From Convolutriloba macropyga (Eukaryota): 64,000 bases of DNA. The position numbers were made by a program, and so were the translations under genes. The stretch's first letter is position 1, and every line of letters starts with the position of its first letter. This document shows positions 50,331 to 62,000 of this stretch, piece after piece. The stretch is taken from the NCBI RefSeq assembly GCF_964194025.1, contig NC_134476.1:52204001-52268000 (forward strand), given 5' to 3'. Below the pieces are notes generated by a model. That model was not told the DNA's origin and searched no databases. It saw only the letters and a list, made by a program, of their open reading frames with translations.

Positions 50331-52409
50331 ACATAATTCTTTGAAGCGGAAGCAATATCTAATTTCAGATACTACTGCTAAACTTCTGGGTGGGATCCGT
50401 TAGAAAACCTCTATCGAAGTTGAACCTCCCCTAAGTGGGGCAAAACCAAGATGGTGGAAACCATGTTTGGTTTGATTTCATTTTTATTTATTTGTTTATA
50501 TGACGTTTTTTTCTATAAAGCTTACAAAAATTTCAGTTTTCCATTGATTGAGGTGTAATGCTACTTCAAGGAAATTGTTAAGATAAATTGGTTTTAAAAC
50601 AGTTCAATTTAATTTTACCTAATCAATTTGCTCCAAATTAAATCTCCGTTTTTTGGCAAAAATATATGGCCAACGTTGAAGTAATGTGGAGTTTGGGCCA
50701 TCTCCGGAGGAGCACATAAATGGCGTATAATTGAATTAATTTATCAAAAAACATTCAGTAGACGAATTAGCTGATATTACGTTGCAAAAACTACATTGGC
50801 GCCTGTAAAATTACAAGAAGACGTCACATTGCCCAAGACAACTTTTGTAGACATTTGAACAGCAATGAAATGTAGTTCAAATTTGTTTCAAATATTTAGG
50901 AACTTCTCAAGCCGACCGATTGGAAAAAAATGAATTGTTCATGATTAATTTCAGAAATGTCCCTCACAACGCTATTTAGGGATTGAAACGACAATAAGAA
51001 GTTTTGAAAGTGCTCTTATTATAGCTCAGACGAAGAATTAGGACTTTCAATTAGCTCTCAAGTTTTTACTAAAAGAATTCTAGCAATAATTTTTAGGCTG
51101 ATTGAAAGCTCAAAATTGTTATCAAAGTTACCTTATCTGTGAGTTTGGTTAACCAAATTCATGTTTTTGTGTCCTTGTTGACCATAGTTAACAAATCGGT
51201 TATTGATCGGGGACAGCAGTTAGGTAAATTGAAAATCTGTGAGGAGGTACTGTTACTGACGTCAACGAAATACAAAAACAGCCTCACAATTGCCAAATGT
51301 AGTTTTTTTAACGTAATAGCTTAGGAAAAAAGGTTTTCCATCTATTAATTTTGCTGCAAACTAATTTTTTCATCAACCAACTTGAGTTAAACTCAAGAGT
51401 TCTGTCAGTTTTTTAACTGAGTTCTCAGAGTTCTCAAGTTTATTAAGCTGTAGTTCTTTCGATTTACTTCGCCGTGATTTGCATGCGATATTAATAAACC
51501 AACCTTACTTCGTCATTGTTAATTAAATTCATAATTTTATTCGGTCTTTATTCTTCGGTTCTTTGTTTGCTAAACTAATAGTTTAATCATCTGATAACTT
51601 TGTTTTGCGGATAACTGATTTTTTAAAGACGTGATTTTTGATAATTATAAAGACAATGAACATTAAAGAAAACTGTGCACCAAACATGAGCTCTGCTGCT
51701 CGCGAAAAGAACAGGCGGAAATGTGTAGAAAATTATGAAAAAGTGGCAGCTGAGAAAAAGCTGCTGTGACTTAATGCTGTTCGTAAGACCCCCAAACGAA
51801 TCGCCATTCTGGCTGATATCAGAAGTTTAAAGCCTGCTGGTGCTATCTCTAGCTTTCAATAATTTATTTCAATCAGTCTCTTTTACAGCTATTCGCGATT
51901 TTGCAATCATATTGATTGCAAGAGATGCAAAATTATTGGCAATTATGGAACGCGAGCAAGCCTTTGAATCCTTATTTTTACCTGTTAAGAGTGGAGACTT
52001 CTTTGAAAAATATGCCACCTATTAGCTGATGAGTTTCTGATGTCTCGTCCAATGAGTGGGGAGCTCTTAATTTTCTGTTTGACCGTTTGTTTAGTAAACT
52101 AGTGGCTGGAAAAATTTGGGTGGGAGAATAGAAATTACTCCAAAGATTTTGCCAAGAATATAGCGAGCGTGATTCCAACTGATTTGAACGGAGCTGATAA
52201 TAATATCAATGATCGGTTATGACCGCTACTCTAGTTTATTGAATTGATTTCCTATTTGAATAATTGCATGCTATATTTTGCATGTATTTAACGAACGTAT
52301 ATCAAGTCACTGTTGTCGGTAATTTATTGGGCAAATTGAAAAAGAAGATCGCTCTGATCTCGTTATTTGTCCACGTTGCTTGTTCATTTACAACTATTCA
52401 ACAACGAAA

Positions 52410-52410
52410 T

Positions 52411-52446
<36 letters not shown>

Positions 52447-52447
52447 T
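52410..52447. repeat. (TTTC)n microsatellite
   Basis: About 9 units. Confidence 0.9.
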
Positions 52448-52937
52448 ATGAACCAAGATTTCATTAACTATGCTGTTCTGCAGCGATTACGTAGAAACCA
52501 AAGTCATCAATTATTTTTTCGGTAGCATAGTTACCACGACATACTTGATTAACACTATATCGCCGCAAAGTTAACGCTTACTAACCTCCTGAACTGGCGA
52601 TTATTAAATATTTTTTTCTATGAGATTAAAAATTCTTCACGATCAACTTTTTAGTATATTATTTTAAAAATGCGTTTCTTACATATAGATCCCTTAACAA
52701 TCACTAGATTGCAGGATCTTCGAAAGTTGAAATTTGGGAACATCTGTAGAGGTTTTCCTTTTCTGGTATTGACGATTCTCAGCGCAAAACAGCATTTCTT
52801 AAACACTTTTTTATGTTACTCAATAAGCTTTAGATTTTGTTTAGTCTAAGAAACCTAACAAAATGAAATCCATTCCAAATTAAATTCTATTAAAGGCAAT
52901 TCTATGCCGCAAGTTTCCAGTCAAAGTATTTTGATGC

Positions 52938-53459
52938 TCACCAAGAAGGCGGTAGTGGTGGAGGAACGCATAATCTGTTCACGTCTTTCGGTCGAGGGAA
53001 TTGGCGACAGTCAAGGGGAAATGGTAGAAAGACTTGATTCTTATGTGACGTCATAATTGCGCTGATCTCTTCAGTATACTCTCTGGCAGCTAGTCGACAT
53101 ACAGCCCTACATGGAGACACCAGCTGTACCATTGGTTCATTAAAGTTCACTGTCGCATTGAGACATACTGGTGTAAGCAACGTCCATAACAACCCAAAAT
53201 TCTTTGGCAACCCATAGCCAGTGATTTTAGCTATCTTTTTCGTTTCCTGCACGAGTATAGAAACACTTTCGATGTCGCTGAAAGCTAACTTTTCATGGAA
53301 TGTTTTGTTCCAGTTCCCAAAATCCTTTTGTCTCACATTGTTTTCGATGCATTCTCCCTGTATAGGATGGTTTGAAAATTCGAATACTGTCTGCCCATGC
53401 GATGTATTGAACAAAATCATATACAAGAGAATGACGAAACTGATCAGCTGTTTCAACAT
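52938..53459 (-). CDS. Signal peptide + divergent Frizzled-type CRD (6 cysteines); a complete 173-aa secreted protein or the first exon of a longer gene
   Basis: Hydrophobic N-terminus LISFVILLYMILF; CRD hallmarks GEC, WNKT sequon, TPVC, PCRAVC, LDCRQFP, RLC; the stop TGA overlaps a plausible donor TG|GTGAGC (exon end 52942). Confidence 0.8.
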   Translation of the reverse strand: MLKQLISFVILLYMILFNTSHGQTVFEFSNHPIQGECIENNVRQKDFGNWNKTFHEKLAFSDIESVSILVQETKKIAKITGYGLPKNFGLLWTLLTPVCLNATVNFNEPMVQLVSPCRAVCRLAAREYTEEISAIMTSHKNQVFLPFPLDCRQFPRPKDVNRLCVPPPLPPSW

Positions 53460-56400
53460 TACAGCAGACTTTGCAGAATAAATCTTCTTGTTTAATATTA
53501 TAATAATCTACTATCTTACAACTAAAACTGACAAAGGAGAATTTATTTATTAATGTACATAGTTGGGGGGGTTCGGGTTTGTCGAATCAAGAAACCAGAC
53601 AGCCCCAACAATGAAAGTTTGCTCTAGGACTGTATTAGTCTGTACGGTATTATCTCTTCTTCTTTTTTGTGAGCCATATTATTAGCTATAAATTAACGAA
53701 AACATGAGCCCTGACCCGGGTTCTGTTGTTCTGTTTTTTGCACGCAGTGCTTTTATTTGTATTATATTTTAATCAGAAGTGGGGGATCAGAATTGAGGGG
53801 AGGATCAGAAAAAAATCAAAAGTAATTCAGGTGAGTTAGAAAAGTGCATTTTCTAACTGGTATGGGCCTGAGAAAAAGTAGATTCAAGCACACCATTATG
53901 ACTGCCGTGCCTGTGTTTCATTGATAGGCTGAATTATCATGTGTTCTGTTATACTTCTGACATTTGCGTAGTCACCTGCTTAATACAAACAATCTGGAAT
54001 CGATGTTTTGGGAATTCTATTCAAGTAAGGGTGACAATTATTTACTTTCCAAGGACGCTTCAAAAATTTTTTGATAACATTTTAATGAAAGGATTCGCAA
54101 ATCACTTCATACAGACCAATTCATAACAACACTCAAGTTACTTGAAATTGAAAAATAGGGATTAAGTTTCGTGCAACGTAGAAATTTTGTGCAACGTGCA
54201 AAGTGCACGAGCAAGAACGGGTCTAACCAAAATAGGAATTTGTACCAAGTACGAAGTAAAAATTTAACCAAAAAAGCAAGTGTAATTTGATCCTGGGTTT
54301 CAAAGTAGGTCATAGCGAAAGATCAAGAGTTGAGCACAATTTCAAAAATATTGTTTCGTTTGAGCGCATCTGTAGGAAACTGTCAACAATAGCAGGTTGA
54401 AGCTTTGCATAATTATAGCCAATTTACCAGGCTACAAATTTTGGGGACGTGAGTTTCCAAATTGAATTCATAGTTTGAGTTATTAACAAAAACTGTATAA
54501 AAATAATTATTTCAAAGTTGAACGTTTAGTTATTGGAACTAAATTAGAATCAAGTGATGCAACGGTATTCTAAGGTTCACAGCCGTTGCCACTTTTCCGA
54601 ATTTTGATATTTTCAAGACTTCTATAAACTTTTCTAAATTTTTGGCACGTCTTTTTTTTCTCATATAATTAGCAATTTTTATGCATAATTCTTCAATTCC
54701 CTTTCACAATTTTTTTTCTGGACGTTCATCGTTTTTTCCGAATAATTTTTTCAACTTGAACAAAATGAGCAATCAAATCATTTTTCATTCTCTTGAAAAA
54801 TCTGCTTAAAAATATATAACGAAACGCACATGTTTTTGTGTGCAGCAGAATGCTCTCACAATCAAATTTGGTAACTTGACTTGCATCGTTTTAAGAACTT
54901 TTTAAAAAACAACTTTTTCAATTATGCAATTTTTGGAGACACTGTGAGCTTCTGAGCTTCTCTAAAAAAGAGTCCTTTGGTTTTTCAGGCAAGAAAAGTC
55001 AAGCCGGAAGGACAATGAACTTCAGGAACTTAAAAATTATCTCTGTTTCGAAACAGCAACCTTTTTTTCGATAATTGTTTAAGTTGTTAGGAACTTATGC
55101 ATGCGCAATTTTTTCTAGTTTTACATTTTTTTATTGTGTCGGTTAACGGTTAGAACCAAGATCGACAAATGTAATCTTATCACAAGAAATTGCCATCATC
55201 AGAGTTTTTTGTGCATTTTGTGAATTTTCTATTTTGGAAAGGCACTGAAAATTTCATGATTAAAATGTGTTATTGAGTTTTTGCGTTTGCTCACTTTAAC
55301 AACCATGTTTCCGGTTTTGCTCTCCTTACTGTTAAAGAAAACAAATGTTTTTTCTTTGCTTTCCTTTTGTTCAAAAGTCCATTTTGCCATCTCAAAGCAA
55401 TTTTTTGTATCGATGTTTTTTTGCCCAATTTCACACAAAAATTTGAAATAATTTTTATTGAGATTAAGTTAACTCATAGCGCTTTTTTTGTATTGCCCAA
55501 GCTATTGGATAAAACAGATTTAAAAGTGTATTGTTTCTCTGACTTCCAGTTGAGCGTTGAAAGCCTCATATTTTCCTTTCTTTTTGAGAAAGAAAACATA
55601 GATTCTATGAAGAAACCTGTTTTGAAAAATTTCATAATAATTTCCTAAGAATCTTAAGTTCGGCATTTTTAAGAATTAAGTATTAAAGATGTCGTTTTTT
55701 CCTCTTTGAAAAACTGACCTCAAAATTTTCCCGGACGAATTTAAGTCTTTTGTTAACCTTTTTGGGTTAAGATGCAAAAAATGAAATTTCAAATAATTGA
55801 AAATTCACAAATCTTTGCATAGCATTGGTTAACAATTCTTTGCTCAAATTTGAGGAGCTTACTCGAACGCAAAAATGTATACCTGTTTCTTTGTTATTCT
55901 AGCAACTTTTATTTTTTTTAGAAAGAATATAGACGAGAGTAATATGACGACAGTGCCCAAAAAGGCCACTGTCATTACGTTTGCTACTGAGATAGTAGAT
56001 ATTTGTTGTGTTTTTCGTCAGGTGTCAAAAATGTTCAAAAATTGCTGAAAATCTGTGCCGAAAATTTTTTTCTAATGGATTTGAACTCTAGATGGAGAGT
56101 TTCAAATATTCTCAATCGATCTCTTAACATGTTTCAATATCAAAATAGCCTAGATCTCAGTGTAATCAACAATTGAGTAAGACATTACAAGATATAGTTT
56201 CACAAAATTCTTGTGTAAACCTCTGGTTTTTAGTTGGTTGCAATTTGTAAAGCCAGACAAAGTTCTTATTTTTGCACGTTTGATTGCTTGTTGTCATTTA
56301 AAAACCCCAAGGGTGTCGGTTTTTTTCAACCATGTTTATCGACAAAGTTTTCCGAAATCGAAATAGTGCGTCAAAAAAGTGATATTTGAAAAATTTAATA

Positions 56401-57589
56401 GTCGTTCCAGAAGATTTGCGCTCCCCATCTCAGCTCATTGGGTAAAAAACTGCAGTTCAAAGAACAAAGTGGCTTATTTGATAAATAAAACCCACAATGA
56501 GAATAAAAAATAAAGTTTCTCGAGATTCTTATTTTGATTTTTGTTGCTCTCCTTATAACTGGGAGTTCAAAAAGATATTGTTTATATTAAAATAGAGACA
56601 GAAAGTTGGAAAAAGACTGTGATTCAGAATAAAAAGAACAATTGCCATTAACTCATTTTTCAAAATTCGGCTACTTCTTTATTGATATTAAAAAAATAAC
56701 ACAATGAACTAATAAACAACAAATAAACATGTGCTATACTAAAAAACTAATAAAACTCAAATAATGAGCAAATGCAATAATGAAATAAGTTGGAAGACAA
56801 CACCTTTTGACAAGCCAATTTAGATCTAGAGTGAGGTTAGGATGAGAACTGTTAAGTCAGACCCGTATAAGGTCGTCTGATTCGCCAAATCGTATAACCC
56901 TCCAAACTAAGCACATTAATAACTATAGATTCTCCTTTGAAGGTTGCAGCATTAATACACTAGCTTTTGATATTGAGCTAGCAGAGTTTAAGCTACAAAA
57001 TGGCTCTCAATGCTTAAACAACCAACTGATTACCATTCTGATAACAACGCTTTCAGTCTTTTCATGAAACGAACAGACATTACTGAAACTGTCACCAAAC
57101 CCTATATTTGGAAATTGTACTGACCATGATAAACTGAAGCTAAATTTTCCATCAAAACATCAATATTGAAAACAATGTTTTACTGACAGAAGAAGCTAAC
57201 AAATTTGCCAAAATCACCGGTTACGAGTTACTAAAAATTTGTCTGTTTTTCAGCAACTTGAGTTCGCCTGTATGTATCGATGCAAGTTACAATGGTTCCG
57301 AAACAATGGTTCAATTTGTGCTTCCGTGTGGGGCAGTATGTTGACTTGCTGCTTACATTTAACTACGTTATGTTCTTTGTTTTGTTTGGAGAGAGTTTTA
57401 GGGCGCAGTTTTTACCGTTTGTTTGGACTCATTTTTCCTATAGTTGTTTGTTTCTAACTCCGCCGTAACTAGTCCCCATCCCGAATGAGAAAAGAGGAGG
57501 AAAGCACCTCCAGTAAATACAGGAAAATTTTAATCATCTTTAGAACATTTTTCGATATTTTTTTATCATCATAATCCAAGAAAATGGCG

Positions 57590-57697
57590 ATAGAGAATAC
57601 CAAATCTCTTTCGCGTTAAAAACGTCGATATCGATATCTCTTGCGTTTAAAAACGATGACAACAAATCTTTCTTATGTTTGAAAAAAGACAATACCG

Positions 57698-57741
<44 letters not shown>

Positions 57742-58140
57742 GTTTAAAAACGACGAAACCGAATCTTTTTTATGTTTGAAAAACGACGATAACGAATATC
57801 TCTTCCGTTTAAGGACGACGGTACCAAATACCTCTTGCGTTTAAAAACGACGACATCGATCATACCAAATCTTTCTCATGCTTGAAAAATAGCGACACGG
57901 AATATCTTTTCCGCTTAAAAGCGATGATACCGAAAATTTTTTAGGTTTGAAAAACGACAATACCGAGTCTCCCTTATGATTAAAAATGACAATACCGAAT
58001 CTCGCTTACGTTTAGTAACGACGATGATACCATATCTTTCTTATGATACATACTGAAAAAACGATGATGCTGACAAAAAATTGGAGGAACTTTCGTCGTT
58101 TTTGGATAGAGAAAAAACAACGATACCGACAGTTTCTTAT
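57590..58140. repeat. Degenerate ~30-bp minisatellite with an embedded (CT)n expansion at 57700-57738
   Basis: Recurring AAAAACGACGATACCGAATCTCTCTTACGTTT-like units. Confidence 0.8.
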
Positions 58141-58978
58141 ATTTAAAAAATATATATCTCAACCAGGAGGCAACGAAAAAGACATGAAGAAACCCTGACG
58201 AGGGTAACCAAGAACAACGTTTTTGAACCATTTCCGTTGAACTGAGAGAAGTTTCCGATGCCAAAAACATCATGAGATTGTGTGTTCCTATACCCATGCT
58301 GCTCTGAGCAGATGCGTCATTAAAGATGTTTCTCTGAAATCTGATCCCCGACTATTTTTTATTCTATTAGGTCGATTGAACGAACCAACGATTGTAGTAT
58401 CCCAGGTTGAGGTCCTTGTTCAAAATTTTTTATAATCAGACCATCGAGAACGCACAAATTAACATGAAACAATCAAAGACCAAACGAACATCTGAACGAA
58501 ATAATGAGCGCACCAAACTAATAAGCGATAAACTGATCATCGGATCTTCGGATGGGTCTGATGATGCAATCTTTTGGTCTGAGGCAATTACATTTTTTCC
58601 AAATTTTCTTTGTAAAAGGACCAAAATTTTAATCAATAACATATGCAAAAAATCAGAAGTTATTATATGCAACCCTCAATTGAGGTATACAGTCGGTGTT
58701 TCCGCAAGCTCATTTAAATAAATTTTGTGTAGCTTTTTTTTAAGTTACAGAGTTTCTAATTGCACAGTTCTCAAACGGAAAAACGGAAATATTTTAAGAC
58801 ATGTGTTAGAAGGTTGAGAGAGGACAACCTAACGTAAATTGTGCTTGAACTAGGCTTGACATAGTTTAACAAGAAGCTCTGATTGTCGAAAGTGTACTTG
58901 GCTGGAGAAATGAAGCCTTGAGGATCAAGAAAGAACCTGAGAATGGGTTATAAGTGATGCCTGAGTTCGAGAGCTTAG

Positions 58979-59051
58979 GGCCAGTTGGTGCAAATGGGTA
59001 GCACAGTAGGCTTGCATGTAAGAGATGCTGGTTCGAATGCAGTATTGGTCC
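58979..59051 (+). pseudogene. tRNA-like sequence (pseudo-tRNA or tRNA-derived SINE head; possible TGC/Ala anticodon)
   Basis: Acceptor stem GGCCAGT/ATTGGTC pairs, D stem GTGC/GCAC, T loop GGTTCGAAT; anticodon stem does not pair and the T stem has a mismatch. Confidence 0.6.
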
Positions 59052-62000
59052 ATATTCACAGTAGTTACGCCTGCGGACCCCCCAACAAAAAGTACTCAGT
59101 GTTCTTTTAAGACGCTTGAAGGAGTTCTTCGTTGAGATATACTGTAACAATTTGTAGAAAAAATCTAGCTGCGACGAAGTCAATCTATTCTGTTTTTGAT
59201 AGTCTCAAAAAATTATTGAACCACATCAAAACATTATTGAACCGCAACAACTTTAAATTTGCTAAGTTATGTTTGATTAAATTTTGGTCTTGTTCACTAT
59301 ACTGATGTCAATTACAGAACCAAAACTGATTTACAATCACCTAAAATGGAAATGACCACAAGTTTATTACTTCAACGTTCCTCTTACTTGCTCCTATCTC
59401 CTTTTGCTTTCTTTGTAACTTATCTATCATTTAAGAAGCGCTCAGCAGTTGTTCTCTTAATCTTTGAAGCAAAAATTTAGAGAGAAAATTTTCGTTTTTA
59501 TCCGAACATTCAAATATTGTAATTTTTTTGTGGTTTTTGTCTTCTTAAAAATTTTTATTGCTATACTTAGAATCAATAATTGTCAATACTGCCATCATTT
59601 TTTCAAGGTATCCAATTAAAACAACAGAATGGTTCATGTTCTCGAGGTACACATTCTCGAGAGCGCAAACAAACAATTTCAGGAAGAAGATAAGTAATCC
59701 AAAAAATTTTTGAGCAGTTTTCGGGGCCAGTTCTTTGAACTTCATGCTAATCTTGCAAGATCTTGCAAAAGATCTTGAAAAATAACATCCAGAATTTGCA
59801 CTTCCTATACAGTTTTTGATTTTTTTCGCAAAACATATGTCGGTTAAATTTGATATCAATAAGTTCTTGATACAACTATAATCATATTTATACTTTTGGA
59901 CATTCTTTTGTAAGCAATAAATGGAAGAAGTCGTTAGCAAAAAAATTTTCATAAAATTATTTGAGGGGGAAAAGTCATGTAATATGGAATTTGCGAAAGG
60001 GTAGCTACAATCTATAAGCATTGTGTAGATCAGATTGTCAGTCCTTTCAATACGACGTTTTCTTTATTTTCACTGTTTATGGTGCCTTTAAATCATTCCT
60101 AGTCTCCCTTAGTATTTCACCTGAAATGATTTTTCTTCTATTTTGCTTCAGCCAGTTCCTTTTAAAAGTTTTTGTACAAAAACAAAGCTTTTATTTCAAC
60201 GTAAAAACATTTGTTAACTTTTGAGAGACCAACAAAACCAGCAAGTATTTTTCCATTTTTAATTTCAAGAGAAATTCATCAAACTTTTTTCCTGTTCTGA
60301 AAAGATTTACTAATTAGTTCTCAAAGCAGTCTTTATGTTGAAAAGACCAATATATTGGGTTGTATTTAAAAGTAGTTTTATAAAAAGCTGATGGTATTTT
60401 TGGTTGCCCAATAAATGTAGTTTTGCCTTGAAATTTTTAAATCGTGAAAATGTTAGTTACATCAACCGACGGTTTCTTTTTACTGATAACATAAATTCAT
60501 CCCAAACTTTCAAAGAAATTTTTTTTGTTTTTCTTGTCAAAATTCTTTATGTTAATGAACTTCCTACGCTTTCAATTAGCGGTTCTATATTTGGCTATTG
60601 AAGAGCTAAGTGAGAATACGTGACTCAGGTTTTTTTAGACAAAATTTAAAATAAAAAGTGGTTGTAAAACTTAAGGCTCGTGTAAATTCTTACGTTTTTT
60701 TAATATTTATTTTGCTCGCAGATTCATAAATTTATTAAATTGTCACTTTGTTGAAATGAGACACTAGATCGAAGAAGATCTTGAAAATCAAATTCAGACT
60801 CGAGAGAGAAATAATATGTTTTAATAGAGATATATTTTTTTTCATCTCCGTTCAGACAAATTGTTACTACTCAATAGAAAAAAAAACAACGAACAAAACC
60901 AAAAATTTTAGTTGGATAAATGCAAAGGATTTTGAACTTTTTGAATAACTGCACTTTTTCTAGTATTTCTGGATAATTGAATTTTATAGCAAAGTTAAAT
61001 ACCACTAGATATACTTCAATTGGCTTAATTTGGATATTCGTACAAAAAATCCTTCAATTTTTTGTAGTTTTTATAAAGGAGAGTACTAGATGTTTGTTTT
61101 TATTGTTCTGACACCCACTTTAGTAGGGAGGGAGGAACTATATACTCAATTGGGTTTTTTTATTCAGTCAATTTTGGCAGATCGATATAATCATCGTAGA
61201 GAGTTGTGAGTGGTATCATTAGAAAGCCAGTGCAGCGTAGAAAAAGGAATTAAAAAGATTTTTTCATTTTTCTCTGTTTATAGGGAGTTATCGAGGTTTA
61301 AAGTTTTGTTAATAATTGCTGTTTTTATTCACATTTTCAGTGTTTTTGACCAAATTTTTGTCAATTTTGCTTAAAAAAATGTTTCGACTGTACTGCTTTT
61401 TATTTCCTCTCTAATGATAAAAGAGGGTTGCTGAGTTGTTTGATCCGAATTTTTTGGCTAGAATTTATGCTAAGTTTTTCAAAAATCAAAATATTTTCGA
61501 GAAAAATAGGACCACATTTGCTTTTTTTAGACAACGTGCTTCAAATTTGCTTGAAGTAGACACCTTAAAACTGCGGTTGAAATCTTCTTAAGCTCATAAG
61601 GGAGCTAGTTGAAATCCCGCTGGCTTTATGGATTGTAGTTCTTCAAGTTTTTTGCAAATTTAAACTCTAAAACTACAAAAAAAGCATTATTTATTTTTTA
61701 ACAAACTGAAAATTCTGTTTAAAAATTGATCTATTTCGCAATCATTTGAACATTTGAATGTTTTGTTAGACGCGCAGCAAAATCTGGGTTGTTCTTGATC
61801 TCACCGTGGATCCTTACGATTAAAAATTTTTAGATTTAAATGGGGCAAGACAACTTTTTCAAAGCATTTCCGCTACGTAAATGTTTTTACATAACTTACT
61901 GACGAGAAAATCAAATCAGGGCTCAATTAATGACAGATAATATTTGCAAAAAAGATGTCCAACGAAATTGTAATATGGTTTAAGAGTTAAGCTCATGGTT

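Noticed and set aside
51978-52195. Possible second exon of the CRD gene (minus strand, AG and GT present)
   Set aside because: The long open frame does not match the phase-2 donor at 52942; the matching frame stops after ~33 codons and neither frame resembles Frizzled or sFRP sequence. Unresolved without RNA data.
59545-60021. 158-aa minus-strand ORF
   Set aside because: No recognisable motif or clear splice context; could be TE debris or chance.
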